A DNA stretch of 64,000 nt. It comes from Paragordius varius. Lineage: Eukaryota > Animalia > Nematomorpha. Every line of letters begins with the position of its first letter. Positions within the stretch are counted from its first letter, which is position 1. This document shows, in pieces, positions 34,983 through 49,629 of this stretch. Under the pieces are notes generated by a model. The model searched no databases. It saw only the letters and a program-made list of their open reading frames with translations, and was not told the DNA's origin. The stretch covers positions 3,410,001-3,474,000 of the forward strand of contig OZ176054.1 in assembly GCA_964247055.1 (NCBI GenBank). The letters run 5' to 3'. Made by a program: the position numbers and the translations under genes.

Positions 34983-37900
34983 GTTTAAACATGGGCTATT
35001 TTTTGGTACCATCAATAAAAATCTTGATTCAGGCATTTTTGAAGCCAAAAAAGTAATAAAACAAATAATCATGCCAATAAAAAAATTTATTGTTATATGA
35101 TTCCGTTTACCCAAAAATTCGAAATTTTAAAAAATATTTTAATTGTTCGAGTATGTTTAAGTGTTCAAAACAATATCTGTAAATAATATATCGTAAAATT
35201 CAAAGTTATTTATATTTTAAATTGCTTTGAGAAATAACTCCCTGAAAAAGGTATAAGAATAAAAAAGGCGTGATTGTAGGTTCATAGGATGCTAGCCACC
35301 AGTAGAACTCGACCGATCTCAATATATATTCATATAATTAGATAATTAAACCTATTAATTTTGAACTCAATTCCTAGATAAAGAAAAAATCACTCTCATA
35401 TACAAATTAATATATAATAGTTACCATTGTTTCGATGATTTATAATTGTAGAAACATGTATTTTTTCGGTTAACGTATTTTGACATGAATATGTTATAAA
35501 ATCAATACAATGACCATTCATTTTGTACTTGTTCGTTAATGTAAACAGAATTCGTGCCAATTTTCTGTCTCACGCATTTATTTATCTCTTAACTGTAACA
35601 ATAACTGGTTATAACTGGAACATATCTTAGGCCAGTAGTAACATTGACTTTGAAAAAGTATATTTACGTTTTTCTTTTGCGACAACCATACTGTTTAATA
35701 TTAATATCTTTTAAAATATGTTGGGGCGCATATAAATTATATTCCATAAAAAGTATGATATACAAACATTCATATATCCAAAAATTTAAATAATATTGAT
35801 TGAAATATTTTGCTAAAATAAATAATTATTCACTAACTTTAGGTGCTTAGATAGATATACAAATATTATTTTTGTTTTATTTTAATAATTAACTACCTTA
35901 ATTTCAATTTTATCGTATTAAATTGGGAATCACTTTAATAACATGCATAACCAAAAAATTTTTAGAAATTATATTTTTATTGATTTTAGCATGTTTATGT
36001 TATGTGTATATTTCCATACATCTTTTTAATTTTGTTATTGGTCAACTTAAGGCAAATCTACGCAACAACACGAATGAAAAAAACATACCTTAAATATTTT
36101 TTTTCAAAAATAGTGTATATTTGTTTTTTTGGGATAAAATTGCTACTCTTGCATTATTTAACTTAATGTGGTAACAGGTTCATCCTCTCACACATAATTA
36201 TTTTAACAGGAATCCTTGATTTATTATATTTGTATACGAAAAAAGTTATTTGATTCGATAATTTTTATTCCTGATTGGATGCCTACAAAGTGATATATTC
36301 TATTTTAATTAAATAACTATTTTAATCTAGTCATACCTAAGTTAAACAATATATATATATATATATATTTTAATATATATCCATATTTAACTATTTTTAT
36401 AAATTAATTTATAAATAACATAATATCTGATTAAATTTTTAGTTTTCTTAATAAATATCTTTAAAAAGGTTAGTTAATTAATGCTTTTTACTGAATCGTG
36501 TTTTCGCTAAATAGTTTCAATTATCTTCCTTAATTCCAAACTATCATATAATCATTTTCCTTATATGAATCTTTGTAATTTTAATTCATTACTTGTTGAT
36601 ATTTAGAAAATAATTGAAGATGATAAATAAACACATTATCATGTTTTTTGCGTAGCCTTACAACAAATTGGGTTCATTGTACTATTTTTTATTCGTATGA
36701 AAATGTTAGTTAATGTTATGAATATTTAATTAAGTTGCACTTGATCAGATGACAATGATTTGGTTTTATAAAAATCAAAAATGTGCTAAGTATTATTTAA
36801 GAAACTGTTGAAAAATATAAAATGATTTTATATTTTAAACTAAATGGATAATATTTAGGGTCTTTTATAATTATCCTGTATTTTATTATTTGTTCATTAA
36901 AACGCTCCTTATTTCAATTATTTTCTCTTTCAAATACAGTAGAGGATGGTGAAATACAAAGTTTTGTCCTAATTAATAAACATAATGGATCTTAAAATAT
37001 ATGAAAAAAATGTATTATTTCAACCAATTTTTGTTTTTTACCATACGCTACTGTAATAAACGATTACATTAGCTGTAAAACACAATAAATAATTTAAAAA
37101 AATTTAAAATCTAGGGGGTGAAATTGTAAATATAATCAAATTATTTTATGGAAAACAGTATAAAAATATTTTATGATAATGAATGTATTGTTGAAATGAC
37201 ACAACATTTTAGTACAATGCACTTTACATAAAAGATAGGAGCTCAACAAAACATATCATGAATAAAAATATTTTTGACAGGCTCAATTAATAATAAATAC
37301 CCAGTGCGTCGTTGTACCCCCAAGAACCCAATAACAAAAAATACACTAGCGTATGGCATTAAAAGTTTGTCCCTAATTAAATAAACAAAATTAAAACTTA
37401 AACATCAGAAAAAACTGTTTAATTACAACCAATTTTTGTTGTTTCGTACCATACGCTTCTGTATAATATATTGAACTATTGATATAGCCATATTAATTGG
37501 TATATGGCACTTTATGTACACTAGAGAGTAAAAAATGTTATTTTAATTTAATCAATCGAAATACATTTATTTATTTAGGAAAGGCTCTCTACTGAAAAAA
37601 TATATTTATAGAATTAAAAAAAATATTATTTATTTTAAATTTTGCTTCTATTTTTTCATTATCTATTTATTTTCTTTGCCACAGGTAAATTAATAATAAA
37701 ATAATACAATTTTTATTATACTGAAATGGCCAACTAACATTATAAAATTCATGCTCTATTTTATAAATGATAAGGTTAACAATTGTTTGATTATGGTTAT
37801 CGTCACTATAAAATGAATTAAATCGAAACACCGCCATATTTTTAAAAACCTAAAAATATCATATTTTTTAATAAAAATTATTTTATAGTATTAGAACGTC

Positions 37901-38415
37901 GTAGCTTTCCACATAATTCCCTTATACAGAGTGCTATTATTTAGCAATCTCAATATTTTTAATTGGCTAAAATAGGTTTAATTTACATGATGCTGGTATT
38001 CATCGAAATTTTCATTTTTAGTTACATTAAAATATGGCATACTGTATTGCTATGATATTTTATAGTGAACAGACACCAAAATAAGCCCATGCATATCAAT
38101 AAGTTTTAGTCTCATTAAAAAGTTGAGCATTAGTACCATAAATGAGGGAGAGGTCATTATTAAAGCGATGGGGAAATTAGTTTAATAGAAGCTTTGCAAA
38201 ATATATTTTTACACATTTTTTGCCGTTGAAGGCACGGCCTAATATCTCTTAACTAGCGATGCTAATTCAAAATGAAACATTACCGTATCAGACACATTAA
38301 CGGATTAATTTTTTTTGTTTTAAACTGGATTATTACCATTAAAATCAATATGATTCATTCTTTATGATTATAATACAGTATTATAATCATGTACTATTAT
38401 TGTTGCACGTATAGA

Positions 38416-41400
38416 ATGAGAGCTTCATTTCAACATCCTTACATAAGGATTTTGGAACAGCCTTTGGAACGCGGGTTTCGATTTCGATACAAAAGTGAAG
38501 CGGGAGCCCATGGCGGTCTGCCTGCCGAATCTAGTCAACGCAACAATAAACGGTATCCTACTATCAGGGTATAAACTTTATTTCAACACCAATTTTTATT
38601 TTAATTAACCATTAGATCAAATTTAATCTTGACCATTTCGACTTCACCCTTTTTCTTTATTCCTTTTATAATTTTAGGTACGTAAATATATTTTTTATTG
38701 TATTTTTAATATACCTCTGTCAGCAACTAAACTTATAATTTATAAAATTTTTCATTAAAACTATACACTGGTTTTCTGAAACATAAAAGTATGTTTGGTG
38801 CGCTAATAATCCCAAACATTACAAGAGAAACCCGAAAAGCCATTTTTTAACGGGTAAAATAACTGGAATTTTGTTTGAATTTTTATTAATGTTAAGATTC
38901 AACTTTTATTTAAAGTTAAATGCAATACATCCAATAATATTCAACACTTTATCAGTAACATCTTTCCAACCAAAAACATTTTAATTAATTGCTTTATTCC
39001 AAATATAAAATTAACATTTTAAACGAATAAGCTTGTCATAATTTTGAATTTAATTCTTTTTCTTATATTTTCATTTAATCAAAATATTAAACTTAGTTTG
39101 CTTTAGGTATCTAATTTAATTTAAAACCAATTTTGAAAGGAATCAATATATTTTTTTAATAAATTAAATGAGATAAATTACAAGATTCAATTATATAAAC
39201 GCTCATTTAATATTAAAAATCCTTGAAAATTATGGAATAAAAATATTAAATTAAATCAAAAGTAGAGAATGTTGAGTTTGATTGAAAAATGTTGATTGGA
39301 AAATGTTAAGTTTTTTAAGTGTTGAGTTTGAAAAAAGGGATTACTTATAGATATCTCATTCATATTTTAGGATTAATTACAATTTAATAAAATCTTTGGC
39401 TTTTCGATTGATTTTTAGGGGTAAAGACCTTATATATGATCAAAACAAATTGACGCAATTTGCCTTAATAGAATTTATTTTATAAGATAAAAATTTAAAA
39501 GGTAAGGAACTTTTCCCCCAAGACAAATATTAATCATTTATTCATTAATATTATTTATGAATATAAAATTACTCAATTAAAAAATATTTTGAAAATTTTT
39601 CTACACACCTAGGGTTTCTGACGCAAATCAAATTAAGATAATTATTCCCATAAGTCATTTTTTCGTATAATGCGATTACGCATTTTCTGTTGTTAATATA
39701 CACATGAAATGTCAAATTTGCGTTTAAATTTTTCAAATTCATAATAATTTAGGTTTTAAAGATATTTTTTGGTTACCCTATTTATGTTAAAGAATTTAAA
39801 GATTTTCTTAATTATGGTATCTGGAAAATGGCGTTTAACAAATATTTTCTTTGCCTTGCCACAATTAAAACCCAATATTAATTATTTCTGATTGTAATTA
39901 TAACGAGTTGGTGGGTAAGATTCAGGTAAAAAGTATAAAATATAATAACTGTTTATAATTGTTATATATCGATAAAAATTATTTTTTTAACATGCTCAAT
40001 ATAATTTAAAGGCCAAACTCCTTGTGTCATATCTAGGGTTGTGCATTTGACTGCTTTTTCAAAAAAGTCCGGTCAGACCCAGTCAGACCATGGTCATGAC
40101 CACTTTTTATATAAGTAAATATCATGCGATATTGTGATTTGATGTTTGAACGACACTTGCGTTTCACTAATGTCATGTTTTTTTAAAAAGTTTGTATTAT
40201 ACATTTTTTTATATTTATTATTTAAAAATATTTTCAATCAAATTATCAATAAATTGTTTAATAAATTTAACCATATGTTTGTGGCCTTCTGAATCAAATA
40301 CATAGCTATTACTGGATATTTCATATAAAATTTTACTAATTTTACACTTGCTTTTATCACTTAAATATCCAATATTAAAATGTTTTTTTTCATTTTATTG
40401 GTTCACATAAATTGAATAATTGCATATTTTGCAAAGTGGTGTATTGTTTTTCGAAATAACTGGATATGCTTAAATGCTAATGTTATGGATGCATGTTTAA
40501 CAATTTTATTTTGTTAAATAAGCATAAAATATTTAAAATATTTTTAAAAATATATATAAAAAAACCAATATCTTACTATCTCTCTTACAAAAAAATTTAC
40601 CATCAATTTTTCAAACAATAGCTGTTTTTTTAAATGACCATGGTCAAAAAATAATCAGCACAACCCTAGTCATATCCGAAACGGGACAAAACTGTTTTGA
40701 TATTATAAACCTCATTTATACATATATTGATAAGGATATTTTCTGTATTGCATACGTTATATTCGGTATTAGAATTATTTAAAAAAAATAAATATGTGGA
40801 TATTTTTTGATGTTGTGTAATTCTAGGACTATAAGAGTTCTTTAACTAGCCTGTTTGAATTTCGTTATTATAATGGATATGTAGATATTTAAACTCTAAT
40901 ATGTCATATTTAAAGAGAAAGATTTAAGGTTAAATGCATATAATAAAGTTTTATTTTTATTAACATTCTTCGCCTTCTCTATTACTTTTATCACTGTGAG
41001 CCAAATTCTTTGCTGATTGAATTTGCTTGTTGATCGGTCCTGATAAAGACTTTTTACTGAGATAGATATAAAAGACATTGTTAAACATTTTTAACGGATA
41101 TTTTATATTTACGTTCACATAGATTGAGAATTATATTGGGCCTGCTCGAGTGGAGGTTAGCCTTATGACAAATGAACCAGAACCCCGATTACACGTTCAC
41201 AAATTAGTCGGAAAAAATTGTGATGATGGTATATGCCATGCCACTGTCTTGCCTGAAAATGAGATGTCCATATGGTTTGTCCACAATAAGAATTTTTATA
41301 CAAAAAAATTTAAAGTAGCGTTTCAATTGACTCAATATTATTTAGGTTGTGACCATAAAAATTGGACTCTGCCTTATGATTTTGATATAAAAACACTTTA

Positions 41401-43440
41401 AATTATTCGATGATGCCGATCGTTCGCCTCAATATTCTAATTTGATGTTTGGTTTGCATTTTAAAATAATTTATATTTAACATTAGTTTGGAGACGAACG
41501 AATAAATTTGAGGTGATAGCAATGTTCAGCATTATCGACTTATTAAAAAACTGTTTTTATAACAAACCAGCCTTTAAATACCGTCATCATACCTCAAAAT
41601 GGTATAAATTGCACTTCAAAATTTTTTTTCTAATAATTAAATTTGAAAAAAAATATGCATTTTTCTAAAAATTATTTTTGACAGATATCAATATTTGGGA
41701 TATATTTCAACATTTTAACGTTTAATCACGGCATTTTTGCCTTTATATTAATAGAACTAGATTTCAAAATAGACTCGGGACTTTTGAAGCCCACTCTACG
41801 ATTCAAATTTTTTATGATTATTGTTTTGCCTGTTATATGTAATTTTTTTGGAATGAAGCAATTAGCTTTTACCAAAGAAAATTTATGCAAAATATGCGCA
41901 ATTTTTTTATTTTCTGATATGAAGCACTTACCACAAAAGTGTAAATATCTTTCTTAAATCACTCGTAAGGGTCAAAACCAAGAGCACCATGATTTCTGAT
42001 ACGTTTCCTATCAGAATATTTATACATAAGGATATTATTTCGATTTCAGACTCGATTTAAATAATGGTTCATATAGATTTTTATTAATTTTGGTTATTAG
42101 AATAATTAATTTAATCAGGTCACCGTTTTAAGCGGGTAATTTTAGCCACAATCATAAATAAATCAATACAATAAAATAGATTTTGACGTTATATAAAATA
42201 AATTTGATCGATCTATTAATTACATCATATATATACACTGTGTGCAAAAGTTTTAACAAAATTTTTATTATGAGATAGCTTATGACCAGCATTTTCATTT
42301 GCCGCAAAAAGTTTTATTTGTTTACATCCTAGTTTAATATTGAGAGATAATCAAAATCGGGCAAAAAGGGAACATTAAGGAGAATTCAAAAATAATGATA
42401 AAATTTGAAATAATAGGGTTTATCGTTTTAGAAGATTTCAATATAATAGCCTAAAATCATAGAGTTAGGGTTTCTATAAAATTTCAGCTCAAAAGATGGC
42501 GTTTTTCTTTTATCCCACTCAAAAGACAAAAAAAATTTAATTAACTATATTGAAATAATTTTTCCAATTATTTACTACCTAAACTCACTATTAAAATCTT
42601 AACATTCATATTTTATTAAGTAAAAAAAACTTCTATATCAAAATAAAACCAAACATATTGTTTTTTATTTTTGCATTTTTTTGTCATCTCGTTTATGAGT
42701 GTTTAAAAAATTTATACTCTTTTATTTTGGCTTACCTGAGTAGGAATTATTAAGTATATAATTTATGCAAAAAAAATTAAAAGTAGTGGAATATCAACCA
42801 ACAATCCTTACAAATTCCTGTAACAAGTCTGTTTTATGACAAACTAATATTTGTATTGGGATCGGATTGTTGGTTAATATTCCACTAATTTTAAATGCTA
42901 TTTTGCATGTATAATTTATAATTCGCACTCATGTAAGTAAAAATTTTTTATACACTCACAAACCAGATGACAAAAAAATGTAAAAATAAAAAACAATATT
43001 TTTTGGTTTTATTTTGATATATAAGTTTTTTTACTGAATAAAATGTGTATGTTAAGATTTAGTGAGTTTAGCTGGTAAATAATAAAAAAAATTATTTTAA
43101 TATAGTTTTATAAAATAAAATTTGTCTTGTGAGCGTGCTAAAAGAAAACGCTATCTTTTGAGCTGAAATTTTATGTAAACCCTAACTATATGATTTTAGA
43201 CTTTTAATATATTGAAATTATCTTCTAAAATGATAATAAACGATAATATTTCAGATTTTATCATTATTTTTTGAATTATTCTTAATTATCCTTATTTTTC
43301 ACTTTTTGCCCGATTTCGATTTTCTCTCAATATTTCAAAAACTAGGTTGTCAACAAATAAAAAATTTTGCGGCAAATGAATACGCTGGTCATAAGCTATC
43401 TCATGAAAAAAATTTTTTGTTAAAAATTTTTTTGCACAAA

Positions 43441-43476
<36 letters not shown>

Positions 43477-46400
43477 CAATTGGATATTTCTTGATAATTG
43501 TAATTATAAAATGGACTACTTTTATTTATTACAGTTTTCAAAACTTGGGAATACTGCACGTGCCCAAAAAGGAAGTCTTGCAAATATTGTCTGAAAGATT
43601 GGAAGAGGAATACAAAATACAGAAAATGATGAAGGGTGAGCCCGTTCATGGCGCTGATTTAACAGGTAAAACCTTTTTTTAAAAAAATGGAACTTAAACT
43701 TACCAGATTTTTCTTGTAAAATATAGAAAATTGGTATATATATATATATATATATAATAGCAGTGCTTTAGGTGTTATATTTTGTTATTTGCATCAAAGA
43801 TTTGGAGAAACAAATGATTCGCCAAAATGCCGAAGAAAACGCCAAAACCATGGAACTAAATGTTATCCGATTATGTTTTCAGGCCTTTATTCTGGATTCT
43901 TCTGGAAATGAAATACCAATCCCACCCGTGCTGTCTAACCCCGTTTACGATAGCAGTATTCTATTATTTTATATATTTTGGAAATCTTTAAGCCGAATTT
44001 AAACTAGTGAAAAATTATATTTTTTTAGAATCTCCAAACACAGCAGCACTTAAGATATGTCGTATAGATAAACAAGTTGGCTTTTGCACCGGAAATGAGG
44101 AAATATTTTTGCTATGCGAGCGTGTGCAAAAAGGTTTTATCTATATATTTGAAATTTATCAAAAATATGAAATCAAAAATTAAATTCCAAAATAATTAGA
44201 TGATATTTGTGTTCGTTTCTTCGAACTTGATGACCATGGGAAAGAAATATGGCATGATTATGGAAAATTTAGTATCCATGACGTGCATAAACAGGTAATT
44301 GCAACAGTTTCATGTATAAATATAACATTATTGATTTTATTCTTTAAAATGTAATGATCTCATTAGTATGCCATAGTTTTTCGAACACCACAATACAGAA
44401 TAGTGCCGTTGGCAAAACCTGCCCGGGTTTTCATTCAGCTTCAGAAAAAGAAAGATGGATTAACCAGTGAACCCAAGCCCTTTACCTTTAAACCACATCC
44501 GATTGGTTAGATTAAGTTTTATGACTATTTTTTGATAACATTTCAATATTTTTTTTTCTGCAGGAGAAGATCAAAATGCTGCACGGAAGCGGACTAAATA
44601 TATGTTATCAGTAGCAGACCTCGAAATATTAAATGACGCATTATGTATGATGGAAAACTACACAGGGGATCAAGTGGCCAAGCCTTTAAACAACCCAGTT
44701 GATACTTTGTTGGGAAGGGAAATTGATGAACAATTTTCATCAGTGAACGTGAAAAAGATGCAAGTATCAGAAGGTATGGAATATACCACATTACATTTTA
44801 TATATTTTCTAATATTGTAATAATATTAATAACTGTTTTATAGTATCTTCTAGCCATGAAAAAACTATGTCTCAAGAAAACAAATATGAAGGAGAAATGT
44901 TGACCACAATACAAAGTAACTTGAAACCGACTATACCCGTATATTCTTACGCAGGAACGAAAACCTACGAGAACATGACCCAAACACATCAATATATATT
45001 GCCTAAATCAATTATGAATCGAAGTGACATGAATAATACACCCATGAATGGTGGAACTAATTATATGCCTAGTAATACAAATATTTTTCATCCATTTAAT
45101 CACGAAATATACAACCAACAGTATTTTTGCAACACCACATCATACGTCGCTACTAACCCATTGAATTATCAAACAGGACCAAACATTAACACTTTCAGTC
45201 GCTCAAATAATAATACCTCAAACTTTCTGGGCCCATCCAATCCACCTTTTAATATGGGAACTGTAATCAACCCAAGCGCTCAGGATGGGAGGGAAAGTAT
45301 GTTTAATGGATCCATTGAATCAGAATGCGGATCTAATTATCAAGAGAGTGGAGGAAGTAGCAGTTATAGGGAATCATCCTTAATAAATTTTAACGAAAAC
45401 AAAATTACGGGTATTAGCAAAAATTTGATGTCAAACCCCCAAAACGCATCAACACTTCACCACGCTAATCAGTATGAAAATCACCGCATAAGTAATCTAT
45501 CAACTTTTGGAAAATATAATTCTTCTACCAATTGTAGTGATTCGCTATCATCGTCAAATAGTCCCTTATCACAAGGATCCAATTCGTCAGCCGGTGTTTC
45601 AAACTATCCATCACATCACAATGACAAAGGTGCAAATATTCAATTATCTGAATCCTATAATGACAATAAACAAAATGATACCAACCGAATTAATAGTAAT
45701 TGTTATGGATACAACTTCCGTTTAGAAGAAGAACGATCTCCAATAAAAAATTACCTTACAAATGTGGACATGCAATCAAAAGCACTCAATTTGCATGTCG
45801 ATAAAATGTCGGGAAAATCGTCTGCTTATATAACAGACCAAAAAATGTACAATATTAATTCTATCAAAACAACACAACCAGTTTACTTCTACCCGCCTAC
45901 GAATCATAATGAATTGAGCCATGAAAGTATAATTGTCATATAATAGTTTTAGAATTTTTAAACAGCTAATCAAAATGGAATTTTATTGAAATAACCAGTC
46001 TTCCAAACAATTTAATAAAATTTAGCCATCCAAAGTTAAAATTTAAAAAATATAGGGTAGGGTATAATAAAATAAATCAATAAAAAATGAAACTTATATA
46101 GGAAGACATATTGGGTACACCAACTTTAATATATTAGGAATCTTTAGCGTACAGAATTTTATATGTGTAAACAAGGGTGATTAATTCGATACATCTACAT
46201 GGACTTTATGTCTAAACAATTTTAATTAAATTATAGTAATAGATTGCTTCATATCATCGGGCATTTTCTAAAATGGTTCGTTTCTATACGATGATAACTT
46301 TTATTTCGGTTAGAGCTTTGTAACCTATTTTCCCATCAATATTACAATCTTATATGCTTTACACCGATGGGTAGGTATAGTCAGCAACAAACGTGTAGGT

Positions 46401-49287
46401 TGAATAACGAGAGTTGTGAATTTTATTATCATTATAATTAATATTTAATTATTAAATTGATTTAGATCCGTTGAATATGGCTAGCGTTCCACAACAAAAT
46501 CAAAACAACGGTCAATCTACAGGGAATCCTATTCTACGCGCAAGAAGTCACAGAGGTTTTAAAAATATCAATTTTATTTTCTGATAAAAGAGTTAAATAA
46601 ATTAACTATGAATGTATGAAATGGATTTTTTTTATTAGCTTTAAACAACTTTTGGTAAGCCCATATAATTAAATTATTTTTACTGAAATTAAACGACACC
46701 TAAACACGCTGTCCTTATAATCCTTTAAATATTTTATTTCAATTTTCCGTGTTTAGATGCACCATCAGTAAATCCTACACCAACCCATAATAATAATAGG
46801 ACTAATAATGATACCGCTAACATCGATGTCAACAATTTAACCGAACAAATTAATGACCTTGCTATCGTTAGAGAGAATTCTTTGATTCGAAACACAAATT
46901 CTTCAAGCAGATCAACTCAATTTTCTACATCACATGATTCGGCTCTTGAAGACTCCAGCAGTGCAGAAGATGTCAGTTTTCATGCCAGAAACAGTAACCA
47001 AAGAAACAATATGGTTATAAAAGCAAGCACCCTGTTTGAAACTTTGAAAGTTTATGTCCAAAATGTAAATCCAATCCCTTTGCTAGCGCTTTTTACCAAT
47101 TATATGATGATACCTGATGCAGATGGCAATATGTGAGTGTTTTAAACTTTCCTATAAATTTAAAGTTCCACTTATTACTTATTTTAATTCTTTTTTGTTT
47201 AAGGTTGTTACATCTCTCAATTTTGGCTGGAAACGAGGAAATATCAATGGCCATTTTACATTCCTTGCATAAAATGCATCGTGATAACATAAAAGCCATT
47301 TTGGAGCATTATAACAATGAACAAAGGGTAAAAATTTGTATTAAATTGTTAATTTCAGGGGTGTTAAATTAACGACCAACAATATCTATTTTATATGAAA
47401 ATCATCTTTTTAAAGTGTGTTAAAACGTCAATTAAGCTTTACTTGTAGTATTATTATATATCGTGTTAGTATATAAATAATGTTAAAAATCAATTATTGT
47501 TACATATATTTTCTACTTTTAGTATTTATAATTTAAAATAAGCCTACATCCCTATCGTATTCGCGATTTGATTCACAATTAATGGGAACATTATTTAGTT
47601 TCTAAACATATTTACCTTTAAATCATGCCTTTTATACAATTTTGTCAAATTACCTAAGAAATCTGGTGTTTTCCGTGCTTAAGAATAAAAATTTTATACA
47701 TCCAGCTAATTCCAAAATTAGACGTCTTTTTATAAATTTGACCCTAGGTTCAAATTTAATCACCGCTTATTTAAATGTGGCTTTTATTGTCATATCTGTC
47801 GTTAAATTTAATTTTTAATGCTAACTTTTTCATTTCGCACACTATACGCCGGAAACATTTCTTTGGGACCTAAAATTTTTTTATAAAGATTATAAAATAC
47901 TAAGATTAAAATAAGTATTGGTTAATTAATTGGTAGGTAACAGTTTGCTTATAATAACAAAATAATGAATTACAATATCAAACCATTTTTATTATACTTA
48001 CCAAGAAGCTGAATCAAAAAAAGATTTTCATGTAAATTTAATTCTTTTTACATTGTTTAATGAAACATTTTGCATTTAAATATATCCTCAAGAGAATTTT
48101 AGAACATTTTCCCGTAGCACAAACAAAAATTCTATATTTTCCGAATTATATACTTTAAAATATTAGACTCCTGTACATTTGGCTTGTATGAAGGATATGT
48201 GCCATTTGCTCAATACTATAACTAAACTTTACCATTTGGATTTCGGACTTTTGGATGAGAACGGAAATAGCATAATTCACATTTGTGCCGCATATAAAAG
48301 TTATACATGTTTTGAGCTTTTGCTGCAATACAACCAACAACTATGTGCTATCGACTTTATGAATGCTATTAATTTGGCAAATTATTCAGGTAAATATATG
48401 GATCCCGGCGGTTCGATTTTATCAATTCACAAATACAAAGTTTATAATAAATTGTAAATTAAAAGTTTATGATTCAAAACCCAATTTTTTTGAGTTTCTC
48501 TTATATGATTGCTTAATTGTTTTAAACAGGTAAAGCAGTCCTTCATTTAATAGCTGAGGACTGCGATTTCCCACTGTGTTTAGCCAAAAAACTTTTTATA
48601 TCCGCCTCCCTTTCACAAAATAATGGTAAAAATATAAATGTGGAAAAGAGTTGTATAGAAGAAAGCTTAGAACCACCTTCGACTCCTGGGAATAATACAG
48701 TCATTAATATTAATATTCCGGATGGAAAATCTGGTGCTGTGCCCTTATACGTGGCACTTCAAAACTGTAATTATGCAATGGTTGAATTACTACTTTCCCA
48801 GGTATATATTTGATATTTAGTGAATAATACATATTCCTTATTATTTTTATAATTTGTATTTATTTATGTGTGCATTTTGAAGTCTATTGTTTTAGCAAGA
48901 ATAATTATGATATATATATTATCAGAGCTATATTTTTGTTGTGAGACATTTTGTTGCAAAGACTTAGTTGTCGATTTTTTTCTTACCAGGCAAATGAATA
49001 TTCATTACTTTTTAATCAAAATATCCAAACTTTAGCCTGGAATAATACTTAATGCCCAAACATTTGATGGAAAAGGACCGCTCGATATAGCATTGGCAAA
49101 TAAGGCACCTCAAAACATTGTTACATTGCTTAAGGGAAATGGTGCTCTCTCGTTCACAACTAATAATCAATCACATATACACCCAAAAAATGAATGGACC
49201 CAAATCGAAACTTCTGGAGAATCAGATAGCGAAAGTGATGAAGACTCCTGTAAAAATTCGGATAATGATAATACAACGACTGAATAG
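38416..49287 (+). CDS. NFKB1: NF-kB p105/p100/Relish-type precursor (RHD, IPT, NLS, long linker, 6 ankyrin repeats), about 1186 aa
   Basis: Exons 38416-38568, 41123-41274, 43535-43665, 43800-43955, 44029-44133, 44200-44294, 44367-44505, 44564-44773, 44844-45926, 46466-46555, 46757-47132, 47204-47327, 48167-48389, 48530-48801 and 49036-49287 join in phase (3561 nt). Motifs [75 protein letters not shown], and ankyrin cores LLHLSI, TPVHLAC, IIHICA, VLHLIA, PLYVAL, PLDIAL. An extra upstream exon is possible because the ATG follows an AG acceptor. Confidence 0.93.
40034..40668. mobile_element. hAT-type MITE (635 bp) in the first NF-kB intron
   Basis: Perfect 11-bp TIR TAGGGTTGTGC / GCACAACCCTA and perfect 8-bp TSD GTCATATC at 40026-40033 and 40669-40676. 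Confidence 0.9.
42236..43441. mobile_element. About 1.2-kb foldback (palindromic) element, Tc1/mariner-like ends, in an NF-kB intron
   Basis: Arms at about 42236-42807 and 42864-43441 are reverse complements along their whole length (roughly 80% identical by eye), with a 56-bp spacer and TA flanks. Confidence 0.85.
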
Positions 49288-49629
49288 CTTTTTTGATAAA
49301 TTTACCATTCATTCTTTTGGAAAATATTTTTAAACCTTCTTATAGTATATTCAAATATTTTTTTTATAGATTTTGATTTACGTTTGTTTTAGATAGGAAC
49401 CATTTACCTCATTACTAATTATGTAGAAGAAAAAATTAAATTATTATGTCTTGTAAATTTTATATTTAGTGTCATATATATTAATATGTATTGTGGTATT
49501 TAAATGGTTTTATATACATACTTCATATTTATAGGATGTGTTTATAAAAATAGATATACGCATTACATTATAGATCACTTTTCAAATATCCCAAAATAAA
49601 TAATTCTTCAATAATATATCATTATTTTA

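Noticed and set aside
36950-37470. Degenerate direct repeat of about 130 bp (near 36955 and 37360)
   Set aside because: AT-rich local duplication with no termini or coding signal; real but uninformative.
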